Under the pieces are notes generated by a model. It had not been told where the DNA came from, did no database searches, and saw nothing but the letters and a program-made list of their open reading frames with translations. 64,000 nt of DNA from Eledone cirrhosa (Eukaryota), in assembly GCA_964016885.1 (NCBI GenBank), contig OZ024740.1:320230001-320294000 (forward strand). Direction: 5' to 3'. Position 1 is the stretch's first letter, and each line of letters begins with the position of its first letter. Shown in pieces: positions 11,162-22,593 of this stretch. The position numbers and the translations under genes are program-made.

Positions 11162-14100
11162 CTATAGTCTGATGTAGAGTGAAGGCCCATTCACACGGGC
11201 CATTCTCGCCACTTTCACCCATCTTTCATAGAAACGGCTGGGGTGCAGCACCTCTCTCTCCATCCTGATCCTTCTTCCGAAATGATATCGGAAGAAACGG
11301 ACCAGTTGTTGGCCAGAGAGAAAGGTGCCTGACCTCAGTCCTTTCAGACGCGTCCACCATACAACCTCTTTCGCCATGGCTATTACGCACAGAAACACCG
11401 CCTCTGCTTCATCTTTGAAGGGGGGAGGCGGCTTGATCATTACAATAGACTCGGTGGTCAACCGGATCGGTCCCACCCTTGACAGCAGTTGTTCGACATA
11501 GCCCCACAGATCGGCTACGCCCGAGCAGTGTACCAATGCGTGTGCAACGGTTTCCTCGTCGCACACGCATCTGGGACAGATCTTTTTGGCGGGGTCCCTA
11601 CCCGGGCGCCCGTGTCTGTAGAGCCTTTCTCGAACGGGTAAAGCCCCTCGGTAGCACTGCCAGGCCAGGGACTTCTGGAAGTTGTCCATAGGTCCCGGGC
11701 TGAACGTCCTACCGAACAGGCTGGCCAGTTCGTCCTCCTCCATGTCTAGGGCTTCTCCGAGGGCGTCGTCGCACCTGCTGCGTACCAGCCCTCTATAGAA
11801 TGTTGCGGTGGAGTCTCCACTGATAACCGGATCCGCCTGCCAGAGGGCGGTGAGCGCCTGGGCACACTCAGTGTGCCAGGTGCCCAGTTTTCTCGGTCTT
11901 TGCTTGACCCAGGATTGCAGCTCGGTGAGTGAGACGAGTCTAGGAAAGGTTCGTCTCACAAACGAGGCCCACACCGGTTGTCCGGTGAGGAATACGTAGA
12001 GGTGCCGTAGCCTTAATGCGTGTTTACGCATCATTAGCCACGGCATCCCCAGCCCTCCTTTCGAAGGGTGTTGACAGCAGATGGATCTCCTCACCATAGG
12101 AGCCCGCCTCTTCCAAAGGAATTGGAAGAGCGCGCGCTCCATCTTGGTGAGGGTTTCCCTTGGGCAGGGCACTACGGTCAGGCGGTAGTAGGTAGACGGA
12201 CGCTATGTAGGTGTTCGCCACCTCCGCCCGACCTTTCAGGGATAGTTTGCAACTGGCCCACTTCTGGGTCAGTGCAAACACCCTGTTCGTAACCTCCGCC
12301 CAGTTTTTCTCCACCTGGAGGTCCGGTCCGAACCAGACCCCGAGCAACTTCACCGGGCCCTCCGTCCAGCGTCCGACGACGCCATCGGAGGGCATCGGTC
12401 TGCCCCTCCACGTGCCGAGTTGCAAACCGATCGACTTGTCCCGGTTCAGCTTAGCCCCTGTGAACTTTTCGTACTCCTCCAGTAAGGTGCCGACCGCCTC
12501 GATTTCGGAGGCCGTCGACACCATTACTGTCACGTCATCGGCGTAGGCCGACACCGCTTTCCGCAATCCCGGTTCCAAAGGGATGCCCTGCAACAACTCC
12601 AACTTCCGCAGTAGTGGTTCGAGAGTCAACACATACAGAAGGGAGGAGAGAGGGCACCCTTGTCGGATGGACCGCGCGATTTTGAACGGCTCCGAGAGGT
12701 AGCCGTTCACCTTGACCCTAGAGCAGATGCGGCTGCTGTGCATAGCAGTGATCCAGCCCCTGAAAACGGGTCCGAAGCCTGCCGCCGCTAGCACCGCATC
12801 CAGGTAACCATGGTCGACCCTATCGAACGCCTTAGATTGATCCAAGTTGATCAGAGCCCCACCAAAGCCGGGTTCGTTCCCAACCCTCTCTATGATGTAT
12901 CGCATGAGGTGGAGGTTGTCATGGATGGACCTGGACGGGATAGCGCATGTCTGCGCATCTCCCACCAGGTTGCCCACGACAAGCGCCAACCTCTTTGCTA
13001 GCACCTTGGCCAAAATCTGTAACTCTGTATTTAGCAGAGTTATGGGCCTGAAGTTACTTATTTCGTCCCCCTTGTTCTCGTCCTTCCTCACTAGCGTGAC
13101 TACGCCCTTGGTCACAGTACAGGGAATTCTCCCGTTCTGTTGCCAGTTGCAGTAGACCGCCTCGAGGAGATCGGGGAACAAGTCCGGCATAGCTAGATAT
13201 AATTCGTAAGGAAGACCATCGAGACCCGGGGATTTGCGTTTGCCGCATTGGCTCAGCACGTCCTCTATCTCAGCGGCCGAAATCGGCTCCTCGCAGGACT
13301 TCGCCTCCCTGTCCGAGAGGCGCGGCAGGCCGTCGAGGTATGGACCGAAGTCCACGTTCCCAACCGGCTCCCCGCCCCTCCCGAACAGTCGGGCAAAGTG
13401 CCTTTGAAAGGCCTCACACATCTGCTTAGGCTCAAGAATCGCCCGTCCATCCAGGTCTCGCAAAGACCGGATGGTGGATTTAGTTCCACTGTTGGCCTCT
13501 GTCACGCGGGCCCAGCTAACAGCTTTGGTCCCCTCGTTCCCTAGAGCACGTATTTTACTTCGGACAACGCAGCCTTCGTGCTTCGCGTCGAAAAACTGGC
13601 TCAAAGCCGTTCTCGACGCTAGCACTCTGGCCACGTCGCCGCTTCTAATTGCCTCTTCTACTCTATCTATTAGCTCCCTTTCCTTCCTATTCCTATCCGC
13701 AGCTCGAACCTTACTAAATTCTATCGAGACTACTCTAATCTCTCTCTTTAGAGATACCCACCACCTGCTGTTGACGATCGCTCCAGTCAACCGTTCCTTA
13801 ACTAACGTACTAATCCGATTCCTGTAGGCTCTACTTGCCGGCAAGGACAAGTTGAGCTTCCAGTAACCGGGGCCCTGTCTATGAGTTCTGTCAAGGTTGA
13901 CCATGCAGGTCACTAATTTGTGGTCTGAATAGCCAACCATGCGCATTTTTGGACAACTTAAAAAGTCCTTATCCTTAATTCTAACTAAGAACCTATCTAG
14001 GTACGACCTAGATGATCCGCTACGATTTGCCCAAGTCCAGGTTGGCGCAGTCGGAAAATCTAGTCGATATCTATCGGCCAGGTCAAATCGACCGATTAAC

Positions 14101-14600
14101 CCTTTGAGGCTATTACACCCCTCTCTATCGGGGCAGGCCCCTACGTAGTCCCAGCGTGCATCTAGGATACCATTCCAGTCCCCCACTAATAGCAAGGAGC
14201 GGGACGTCCCTAGAAAAGTCTCCAGACGATGGAAGAAGTCCGGCCGCATTGACCCGAAAGGGCCGTAGGCGGCTACCAACCTAAACGCTCCGCCTTTACC
14301 ACTGCCAAGGTCCAGAACCACTAGTCGACCCTCCGGGTCCAAATGTACCATCTGTGTTGCGAGACCCAGATGTTTTTGCAGCAGAACGACAACTCCACCC
14401 CCACCTCCGGGCTGACAGAGAGATGCGTGCATCTCAAAGTCATCAAAGGTGGGGGCCAGCTGTCGCACGTTGCTGATCCGGGCCTCGCAAATAACCATCA
14501 CATCTATACGTTGTGACCTGAGGTCATTTAGAAGCATTGCTTGCTTCCAAGTTGAGCCCAGGCCACGCACATTTAAACAGCCTACTCTTAGCATAGCCAT
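11162..14600 (-). CDS. Tx1 ORF2 (APE endonuclease, RT, C-terminal Cys/His finger), 1-nt frameshift near 12191
   Basis: ORF track 12024..14624 and 11162..12172; likely start ATG at 14600 in context CACCAACATGG; motifs CLNVRGL, GDWN, SDH, KSPGLDG, YADD, CPRC..H..C. Confidence 0.93.
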
Positions 14601-14624
14601 GTTGGTGGTGAAGAGAAAAGGCAC

Positions 14625-16418
14625 TTACCTCTCTGCGTCCCGGGTATCGGGCTGCACAATTTCCATTAGGGTGGGGGATGGGTTGTTGGTTGGGGTGGTG
14701 GTTTGTGGAAGTGTGGGGGCATCAGTGTGTTGTGTGGTTGGGGAGCTTGGAGTTGTGTGGGTGTTTGGGGAGGGGGTGGGATAGTTTTTTAGGAGGACGC
14801 GGTTAATGGGCCCGACGCAGGAGGGACCCACGTCCTCTTTAAAATTGTTTTTTAAAGTTTTATAGGTGTCCTGTGGGGCCTTAATCATTTTGAGGTGGGG
14901 GAAATCCCCTGCCTGGGTGAAGTTAGGCCCTTGTGTTTTTATTAGATTGTTGTTGTACACAATGTTTAACAGTTTTTTGTTTCTTGTGTTTATGTATGTG
15001 TATGCATGTTTTTGTTTTTGTGTGGTGTTTTTTGTTTGCTGTTGTTGTGAGCTCTTTTGTGTTAGTGTCAGTGTTATGTTTTGGGGAGGGTTTTTTTTCA
15101 TTTGTGTGTCTGAGGTGTGTTTTCTTTTTTTTCTTTTGATTGTGTGGAAGTGCTCCTCCTCGTCTGACGACGAACTAGGGTCATCTTCCGCGTTGGAGGG
15201 GAGGGGTATATTTTCGGGTTGTGTTTGCGGTACGGGTGTTTTGGAAATTGTTTTTGTTTTTTGAGTGGAGGGGATGGGTTGGACATTGTTTTGTTTTGGT
15301 TTGAGCTGTGGTGGTTGTTTTTGTAGTGGTAGTTGTGGTGATTGTGTTGGTTGTGCAGTTGTTGGTGGTGTAGGAAGGATTGGGGTTTTCTTATTAAGTT
15401 GGGGACAGACAGCCCTCAGGTGACCTCTGGTTCCGCAGAGGTAACACGAGGGCCATCTACCCTCAACGGTAATGTTGATGAAGGTTAGATCATCCAGTAT
15501 GACGCGTTCAGGGATCTGGGCGATCCTTTCGGGCCTCATTTGAACTACAAGTTCGAGGCTCGTTCCACTGAACGCGTCACCCGATGCCTTTCCCATGGAC
15601 ACCAGCATGTCATCCTCCAGGTCCAGAAAACCTGTCAAAACCCACCATATGTCCATAATCGGCAGGATGGTGTGGATTTTTATTTTTTGTGTTCTTCTAC
15701 CCATGTACGTAGGGTAGAAGGTGTATGCGGTGGATGTGATTGGTTTGATGGACAGTTTCACTGCTGTGTCCCTGTCCTTCATGAGAATGGATAGACTCCC
15801 GTAGAGTCTATCCTTCTGAATGAAGGTGATGTCCTTCATGACGTCTTTTAAAACCAGCTCTATCTCGCTCTGTGATGGTTGAGCTGGTTTTTTACTTTTG
15901 TTCGAGATTGTCCTAAACATGACCGTGTTTAGGAGTCTCTGGCTTTTTAGTTCCGGGGGGGAATGGATTGTGAATGAACCATTTTCCCCGTACACTATAT
16001 ATTTTTTCGCATCCGTCAGTAGCTCCTTCGCTTTTGTTATATCTACTGGCAGATAGTCGAGGGTTTTCCTTGTCGTCTCAGCGAAGGAGAAATTTTGTTT
16101 GTTTGTGTTGTTGTTGTCGTTGGTGGTGTTGTTGTTATCATTGTTGTTGTTGTCACCGTTATTGGTCTTGTTGTTGTTGTTATTGTTATTGTTATTGGTG
16201 TTGTTTTCGTCCGTCGCATTGTTGTTGTTGTTGCTGTTGCTGCTGGTTCTTTGGGTTGTTGCCATGGCAACGTCAAGTTGTCGGTTAACAGGTGGAGAGA
16301 ATTCTTCCTCTGGCTGACCTTTCTTCTTGACCTCTGCTACTGTGACAGTGGCAGGGGGAAGCTTTAAGTTCATCTTCCCCTTTCCTCCTTCGAATTTTGG
16401 TGAAGAAGCTTCGGCCAT
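14625..16418 (-). CDS. Tx1 ORF1 protein, 597 aa, zinc knuckle
   Basis: Uninterrupted ORF; poly-Asn N-terminus, CYLCGTRGHLRAVC knuckle, basic KRKKRK patch shared with copies A and C. Confidence 0.93.
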   Translation of the reverse strand: MAEASSPKFEGGKGKMNLKLPPATVTVAEVKKKGQPEEEFSPPVNRQLDVAMATTQRTSSNSNNNNNATDENNTNNNNNNNNNKTNNGDNNNNDNNNTTNDNNNTNKQNFSFAETTRKTLDYLPVDITKAKELLTDAKKYIVYGENGSFTIHSPPELKSQRLLNTVMFRTISNKSKKPAQPSQSEIELVLKDVMKDITFIQKDRLYGSLSILMKDRDTAVKLSIKPITSTAYTFYPTYMGRRTQKIKIHTILPIMDIWWVLTGFLDLEDDMLVSMGKASGDAFSGTSLELVVQMRPERIAQIPERVILDDLTFINITVEGRWPSCYLCGTRGHLRAVCPQLNKKTPILPTPPTTAQPTQSPQLPLQKQPPQLKPKQNNVQPIPSTQKTKTISKTPVPQTQPENIPLPSNAEDDPSSSSDEEEHFHTIKRKKRKHTSDTQMKKNPPQNITLTLTQKSSQQQQTKNTTQKQKHAYTYINTRNKKLLNIVYNNNLIKTQGPNFTQAGDFPHLKMIKAPQDTYKTLKNNFKEDVGPSCVGPINRVLLKNYPTPSPNTHTTPSSPTTQHTDAPTLPQTTTPTNNPSPTLMEIVQPDTRDAER

Positions 16419-16638
16419 TTAAAAAAAAATATTGATTTTTCAACAAGAAAAAACTTTTTTTTTTTTGTTTAACTATTTCGCCTAAAGGCGTAGAATATTT
16501 TGAGAGACTGACCAGATCAAAGTTTGACCTGGCAGTCCCTCTACAAAATGGTACAAAAATTAAAGTTATCAGACAAGAATTTCTATAGAAATTTAAACAG
16601 AACTTACTCAGCAAGTTATACGCGTGTGTCCATCCCAG

Positions 16639-16639
<1 letters not shown>

Positions 16640-16711
<72 letters not shown>
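16640..16711. repeat. (GATA)n microsatellite 5' of the Tx1 array
   Basis: Direct reading. Confidence 0.98.
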
Positions 16712-16712
<1 letters not shown>

Positions 16713-16939
16713 GTAGGTAGGTATCCAGATATGAGTGTATCTCTGTATATATCAATATATATGTGTGTGTGTGTGTGAATGTAAACACCAAACAGTTTGC
16801 TTCAGTAAATTTTCTAGTCAAAACTTTATTGATTATTTCTATCATTTATAGATTTTATAATTTGTAATTTTATAATTTTAGATGACATAATTTAGGCGAT
16901 ATGGACTTCACCTATCTTATCAATTCAGAATATATATAT

Positions 16940-17140
16940 CTCCAGATGCGAGAAAAACCACAAACCCTTCATCTCAATTCTACTTTTGAAACGCACAAGA
17001 ACTGCGAAACCGGTAAAAGAACCAAATAAATATTCTTAAAAAGACTGCAGTTGCATTTTCAATTTCATCATTTTTCCTTATACTTTCACTTGTGTAAGAC
17101 ATCTCGTTTTTTTTTTTCATTTTGTAAAAGAAACCATATA
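16940..17140 (+). repeat. Dispersed repeat, probable Penelope pseudo-LTR fragment, (TA)n-flanked
   Basis: Reverse-complement similarity to 56290..56500; contains decayed hammerhead TTGAAAC..CTGCGAAACCGGTA. Confidence 0.6.
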
Positions 17141-17203
17141 TATATATTAGAAAATGACGTTTCTTTTTTATATATATATATATATATATTAGAAAATGAG
17201 GTT

Positions 17204-17257
<54 letters not shown>

Positions 17258-17609
17258 CACCTCTGCCGATGGAAATCTCTAGAACATAGAAAATCTGCTG
17301 GTGTATGCAGAAATCTATAGATATACAAATCTCCATCACAGAGCTCTTGACGTTATACGATTAGTTTAAGCTACAATGAAAATTCTTCGACAACATTCTA
17401 CTTGTTGCTCTGTGAAAAGGTGAGTGCATGGACTGGTTCGCTGGGAAACATGTAATTCAGATAGAAAAGCTTATCCAAGAAATCGCTAGCTCAGCAGGAA
17501 TCATAGCAGGCTTTTACTGCCATCTTCTCTCCGATTAATCTACTTATAATTTTCAATTTACCAGTCTACGTGAACGAAATCGCTGTATTATATATTATCT
17601 CATTTAGAC

Positions 17610-18076
17610 ATGCACGCACACATATATACATAAACATACACTCACATATATATACATACACATACAGACACATATACACATGCACACATACACATCATTG
17701 ACACATACACACACACCTCACTGTTACATATACACACATAAGCAAACACACACACACACCAGCAAACATACACTCACAAATACACACACACACGAGCATA
17801 CACACACAAATGCACACGCACACGCACACACGCACACATACATGAATGCATACATACATGCATACATACATACATGCATATATACATATATACATATATA
17901 CATACATATGTACGTACATACATACATACCTACAAACATATATACATACATACAAACATATACATATATACATACATACAAACATACATACATACAAACA
18001 TACATACATACATACATACATACATACATACATACATACATACATACATACATACATACATACATACATACATACA

Positions 18077-18107
<31 letters not shown>

Positions 18108-18125
18108 GCGTACTCACATATGTAA
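17610..18125. repeat. Compound (CA)n/(CATA)n microsatellite
   Basis: Direct reading. Confidence 0.95.
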
Positions 18126-18494
18126 ACTCACATATGTATGTGTGTATCTGGTTGTGTATGTATCTGATTGTGTATGTCTGTGTTTCGGGTGGTAAATTTG
18201 GCGCGAACAGTATTGAGACGGATAAAAGCTGTACAAAATTCTGTTCCAGACGAACTTTTTGGAGTTTAAATTAGACTGAGATTGATTTTACTAAATATCA
18301 ATAAATTACGTTTATGTCTTGTCTCATTCTCCGAATTTTGAGTTGATCTTTTTTATTTTTTCACCGGCCACCTTCCCGGCGGTAAGGTTGTAAAGAAAAG
18401 GAAATGTCCATCGTCCCTTGTGCCAACGTTTATGTTTTTTAATCATAAGAATGTTTTAATAAGATTTTGAAAGTTCCAGATACCGTTGTATTTC

Positions 18495-18845
18495 TGGTAT
18501 GGTATGGTATGGTACGGTTCCATAACTCCTGTTGGAGTCATAGGGGCGCCGTAGTGACATACGGCGTTTCTTGGGCATTTTAAAGCCTGGCTGAGCCCAA
18601 CCCTTACCAGACCAGAGTGCAACAGATTTCTTCCGAAGAAGGGTAAACAGTAAGAGAGAGAATGTGAGAAAGAGATATAGAGGAAGAATCGACACCAGTA
18701 CTAGACTGGTACTTGTTTTATCAACCTCGAAAGGATGAAAGGTAAAGTTGACCTCGGCGAGATTTAATGTCAGAGAACAGAGAGCCGGGCCGAATACAAT
18801 AAAGTATTCTATCCGACGTTCTAACGACTCTGTCAATTCACCGCC
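18495..18845 (-). mobile_element. tRNA-derived SINE with alternative 3' tail ending in (ATACC)n
   Basis: Head and body (GGCGGTGAATTG...GCCGAGGTCAACTTTACCTTTCATCC...GTACCAGT) shared with the other SINEs; second copy at 41860..42193. Confidence 0.75.
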
Positions 18846-19095
18846 GTTCTGGTAATTTATAATTTATGAATTAAGAAACTGAACTTGGTTGGTCTCGCTT
18901 GGGAATCCAACCGTATCAGTTGGAGACGGTTGTTCTGCCAGAACCCGCTGGAAGGAATGTTTGAGGATTCTGACCCCACGACCCTCTCAGGAATAAGTGG
19001 ACGAAGAAGAAGAGAAGAAACTGTTTTTTTTTCTCCAGGATTCCAAGTTGTATCATACTTTGTTCCATGTGGGTTCGTATATATCATGTAGCTCC

Positions 19096-19282
19096 AATAA
19101 TAATTGTTTCTACTTTTGACACAAGGCCAGCAATTACCCAGTGTATTACTGGTACTTTATTTTATCGACCCCGTAAGGATGAAAGGCAAAGTTAACCTCG
19201 GCGGGATTTGAACTCAGAATGGCAAGGGCTGTAACTCAATGCGTCAAAGCATGGCGTCCGACCCTCTACCGATACTGCCAAT
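19096..19282 (-). mobile_element. tRNA-derived SINE (octopus-type)
   Basis: B-box GAGTTCAAATCC, body GCCGAGGTTAACTTTGCCTTTCATCC...GATAAAATAAAGTACCAG, (TTA)n tail; several copies in window. Confidence 0.85.
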
Positions 19283-19364
19283 GATTATGTAACTGAACTT
19301 GTAGTTTGGGATACTGGATCGGCAAACGCCACTTCAATTGTCCATGGATATCCTCTTTGTCGAA

Positions 19365-21017
19365 TGTATGTATGTGTGTATGTATGTATGTTCTTCTGGT
19401 TTTATAAGTTCACAGATGTTTGCCAATAGAGAGAGAGTCGGTTTCTAACATAGATACAAGACTTTCTCATTGGAATTTACACAACAGCAACTAGGTATAT
19501 ATGTGTGCATGTCTGCATGCACGCGTGTGCAGGTATGGATGTTATTGTATGTGTGGATGTGGATCTTTTTAGTTTTTTAGTTATATGTGTGCATGTGTAT
19601 ATGCTTAGTATCTGTACATGTGTATATGCAGTTATTAGATGCAGAATTTTTGAAATGTTTTACATATTTTTTACTGTTCCATTAATGGATTGTGCTTGTA
19701 ATTTCCAAACTAGTTGTGTTCTTTCTGTTCCTGTGAAGCCTAGCTTCTCAAGATTTATATTGAGACAGTTACTAACATATCCCAGTGCCCCAATAATCCC
19801 AAGCATAAATCTGAAGGTATAGTCAGGGTGGAATATCTACAGATTTCTCATTAGTTCTGCCTAAGTATTCTCCTTTTCGCTAATCTTTGATATTATATTG
19901 GCATCTGCTGGACAGCTAACTCCCACTACTGTGCATGCCTTCTTTTCCCTGTCCCATGTCATTATATATGGTCTGTTATGCCTGCATTCTATTGGGGTTT
20001 TTACTGGACATTCCACCAGTACTCTTTCATATTATGTATATATATGTCTTCCACATTGCTGTAGCTTTTAATGTGTTTATTATCGGGGCTATCTTTTCTG
20101 CAGATTGTATTGTACAGTGTTGTGGCCACTAGATCATGCCTCGTAGGTCGATAGTACCGTGATGACATTTTTGGACAGCTGCTTATAACATTGGTGACAT
20201 CTTCGATGTTAATTCTGTAGCGTTTGCACTTGTTGTCACATCTAAGTGTTTTGTCTGCATCCCTATCTTTTTGTGAATCAGGTATTTCGTGTTGATCTCC
20301 TGTTCTTGAATTGCAAAAGCGTATCCTTCAAAATGGGAGCCAATATAGCGGTTGTTGGTCCAAGATAGACTACTTTGTTTATCTATATTACTCTCACTCT
20401 GGAGCTCCTTGGCAACATATCCATATATGATTTTTTGCTGGTAAGCATGAAGTTTTTCATCCATGAATTTACTGCGGTACTGCTAAGCAATTTCCCTGGG
20501 TGTGAGTTTTTGATTATCATGCAGGGAGTCTCTTTCAAGGAGTTCCTTCCCAACTCTCATGATTTTTTTCTGTCTCATGCAGATAGACTTGATCAGTAGA
20601 TGAGCTCCTACGAGGTTCGTAAATGTTGTGCGAGGGATATGATGCGACATTCAAATGCTGTCTGGACTGATGTTAGGCCTCTGCCTCCCTGCTTACGTTT
20701 CAAGTAGAGTCGGTCTATGCCACTATTGATGTGGAAGTTTCCGGTGTTCTTTAGAATTTTTCGAGTTTTAACAATAATTGCTCAGATTTCGTCTATCGTC
20801 CAATTGAGTATTCCAAACGTTGGTGTTAGGACAGGCACAGCAAACACATTGTGAGCCACTGTTTTATTGTGCGCAGAGAGTTCCAATAACCATATTTTTC
20901 TTAATCGGATGTAACATTCCCTGGTTATGCGTTCCTTATTACATATACCATTATAGGATATATTCTCATCTATTCCCAGATATCTGAGGCAGTCTACGTC
21001 AGATATCTGTAAAACAG
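19365..21017 (-). mobile_element. 5'-truncated, decayed R4/Dong-like LINE (RT C-terminus, Cys/His finger, restriction-like endonuclease)
   Basis: Manual translation: YLGIDENI, AVPVLTPTFG, IDRLYLKRKQGGRGL, EGYAFAIQEQEINT, HNRPD, IIGALG; 3' end runs into (CATA)n. Confidence 0.8.
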
Positions 21018-21094
21018 TTAGGCCATTGATAAAAATGTTGCTAGATTGGGTTGTAGTTCCCCCGTATATGTATGTTTGTATGTATGCATGTATG

Positions 21095-21385
21095 TATGTA
21101 TGTTAAGAGAGTGGGACTGGCTTTGTGCAGTGCCTTTGCTCACTATAAAAGCTTCACGGCACAGGCATTGCTTTATATCTGGAGATCTCTCTGCACTTGT
21201 CATCACAGGGTACAATGGGCCCAGCACTATGTGTCAATAATTGTCACAAGTGTAGTGTTTGTACCAGAGTTTTCAAGTCGTTGGCTGGACTAAAACGTCA
21301 CACTCGTTCAGCGCATCGGTAGGGGTTCTCCTACATTGATATAAAGTAGTGGCCGTACACGAAAACGAGTTGGCAGCCACCATGT
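21095..21385 (+). mobile_element. Short non-autonomous element with (TATG)n tail, related to 23483..23830
   Basis: Shares GAGAGTGGGA..GCCTTT..CTCACT..CACAGGCATTGC and the GGCC.TAC.CGA..ACGAG..GCAGCCA tail. Confidence 0.6.
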
Positions 21386-21734
21386 ATGTATGTATGTATG
21401 CATGTATGTATGTATGTATGTATGTATGTGTGTGTGTGTATGTATGTATGTATGTATGTATGTATGTATGTATGTATGTATGTATGTGTGTGTATGTGTG
21501 TATGTATGTATGATACTATTTTCATTATTTGAATTCTTCCTCTAACGAAGAAGTTGGTTTCCAACAAAGAAAATAATGCTCTACCAGTGGAATTTGGATA
21601 ACAAAATGGTGTCACGTGTAGATCTTTAGAAAAGTCTTACATATTTTACTGTTTCTCATACAGATTGTATTAATAAGGATAAGTGTAAACTGATCGTTTT
21701 CTTTTCTGAAAACCTTATCTTTTCCAGGGTACAA

Positions 21735-22070
21735 TAGTGCATGGCTTAGTGATTAGAGCGTTGGGCTTGCAATTGAGAGATTGTGAGTTCGATTCTCGGA
21801 CCGGGTGAAGCGTTGTGTCCTTGAGCAAGACACTTTATTTCACGTTGCTCCAGTTTACTCAGCTGTAGAAATGAGTTGCGACTTCACTGGTGCCAAGCTA
21901 TATCGACCATTAACTTTCCCTTGGACAACATTAATAGCGTGGAGAAGGGAAACTGGCATGTCTGGGCGACTGTTGGTCTGCCACAAACAAACCTTGCCCA
22001 GGCTTGTGCCTCGGAGGGAAACTTTCTAGGTGCAAAACCATGGTTATTGCTCACAGATGGGGGTTTCTCT
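21735..22070 (+). mobile_element. tRNA-derived SINE, second family
   Basis: A-box TGGCTTAGTGATTAGAGC, B-box GAGTTCGATTC, central TGTGTCCTTGAGCAAGACACTT; relatives at 40940..41135 (-) and 58168..58620. Confidence 0.8.
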
Positions 22071-22593
22071 GTCTGATAAATCTATACCAGGTCTGTTATG
22101 TTTTCATTAAATTGCTGATTTTATTGGGATGTTCCGCCAGTATTCTTTATTCATTAAAAATACGGATACATTCTGGTTATGGTGTGTTTTTGACATGACC
22201 TGTGGATAACATTGTAAAAGTGTTGACACCTATATCATGTCTCATTGAAAGGTGGTACAATGTGGACATTTTAGACAGCTGTTGATGATGTTAGTGATAT
22301 CTTCCACTGGTATGACACAATCGATATTTTCTATCACAATGTTCCGGCTGCAGACGTCATTATCTCTTTTATTGATCATCGTGCAGGTTTCATGGTAGCT
22401 TTTAGTGGATAGATTTGCATATTTCTTCTCATCGAACATGAATTGTTGGCGGAGTTGCTTTACGTTTAAGTTTTAAAAGATCAGATATGTTTCATTCCAG
22501 TATTCTTTCACCCTTTTCATATAGCCTATCGGAGGATCTTCCCTAACTTTTTTTTTATATAATTGGTTATTGGATTATTCAAAAGCTATTGGT

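Larger units (their letters stand above)
10898..16637 (-). mobile_element. Full-length (~5.7 kb) Tx1 copy E, nearly intact
   Basis: Intact ORF1; ORF2 with one apparent 1-nt frameshift; (GATA)n on both sides. Confidence 0.96.

Noticed and set aside
14601-14624. GTG start for ORF2 given in the ORF track
   Set aside because: The ATG at 14600 has a strong context and matches the starts in copies A and C; the GTG lies within the predicted splice donor
124-16367. Plus-strand ORFs over the Tx1 array
   Set aside because: Antisense shadows of the minus-strand ORF1/ORF2; no motifs of their own
17680-18274. Long ORFs of YI/HT/CV/MYVC repeats here and at 36950-37620, 42120-42470, 45148-45917, 47190-47550, 49200-49690 and 50920-52470
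   Set aside because: Translations of microsatellites; not evidence of genes
22242-22439. 65-aa ORF with Cys/His residues
   Set aside because: No recognisable motif or splice context; too short to call
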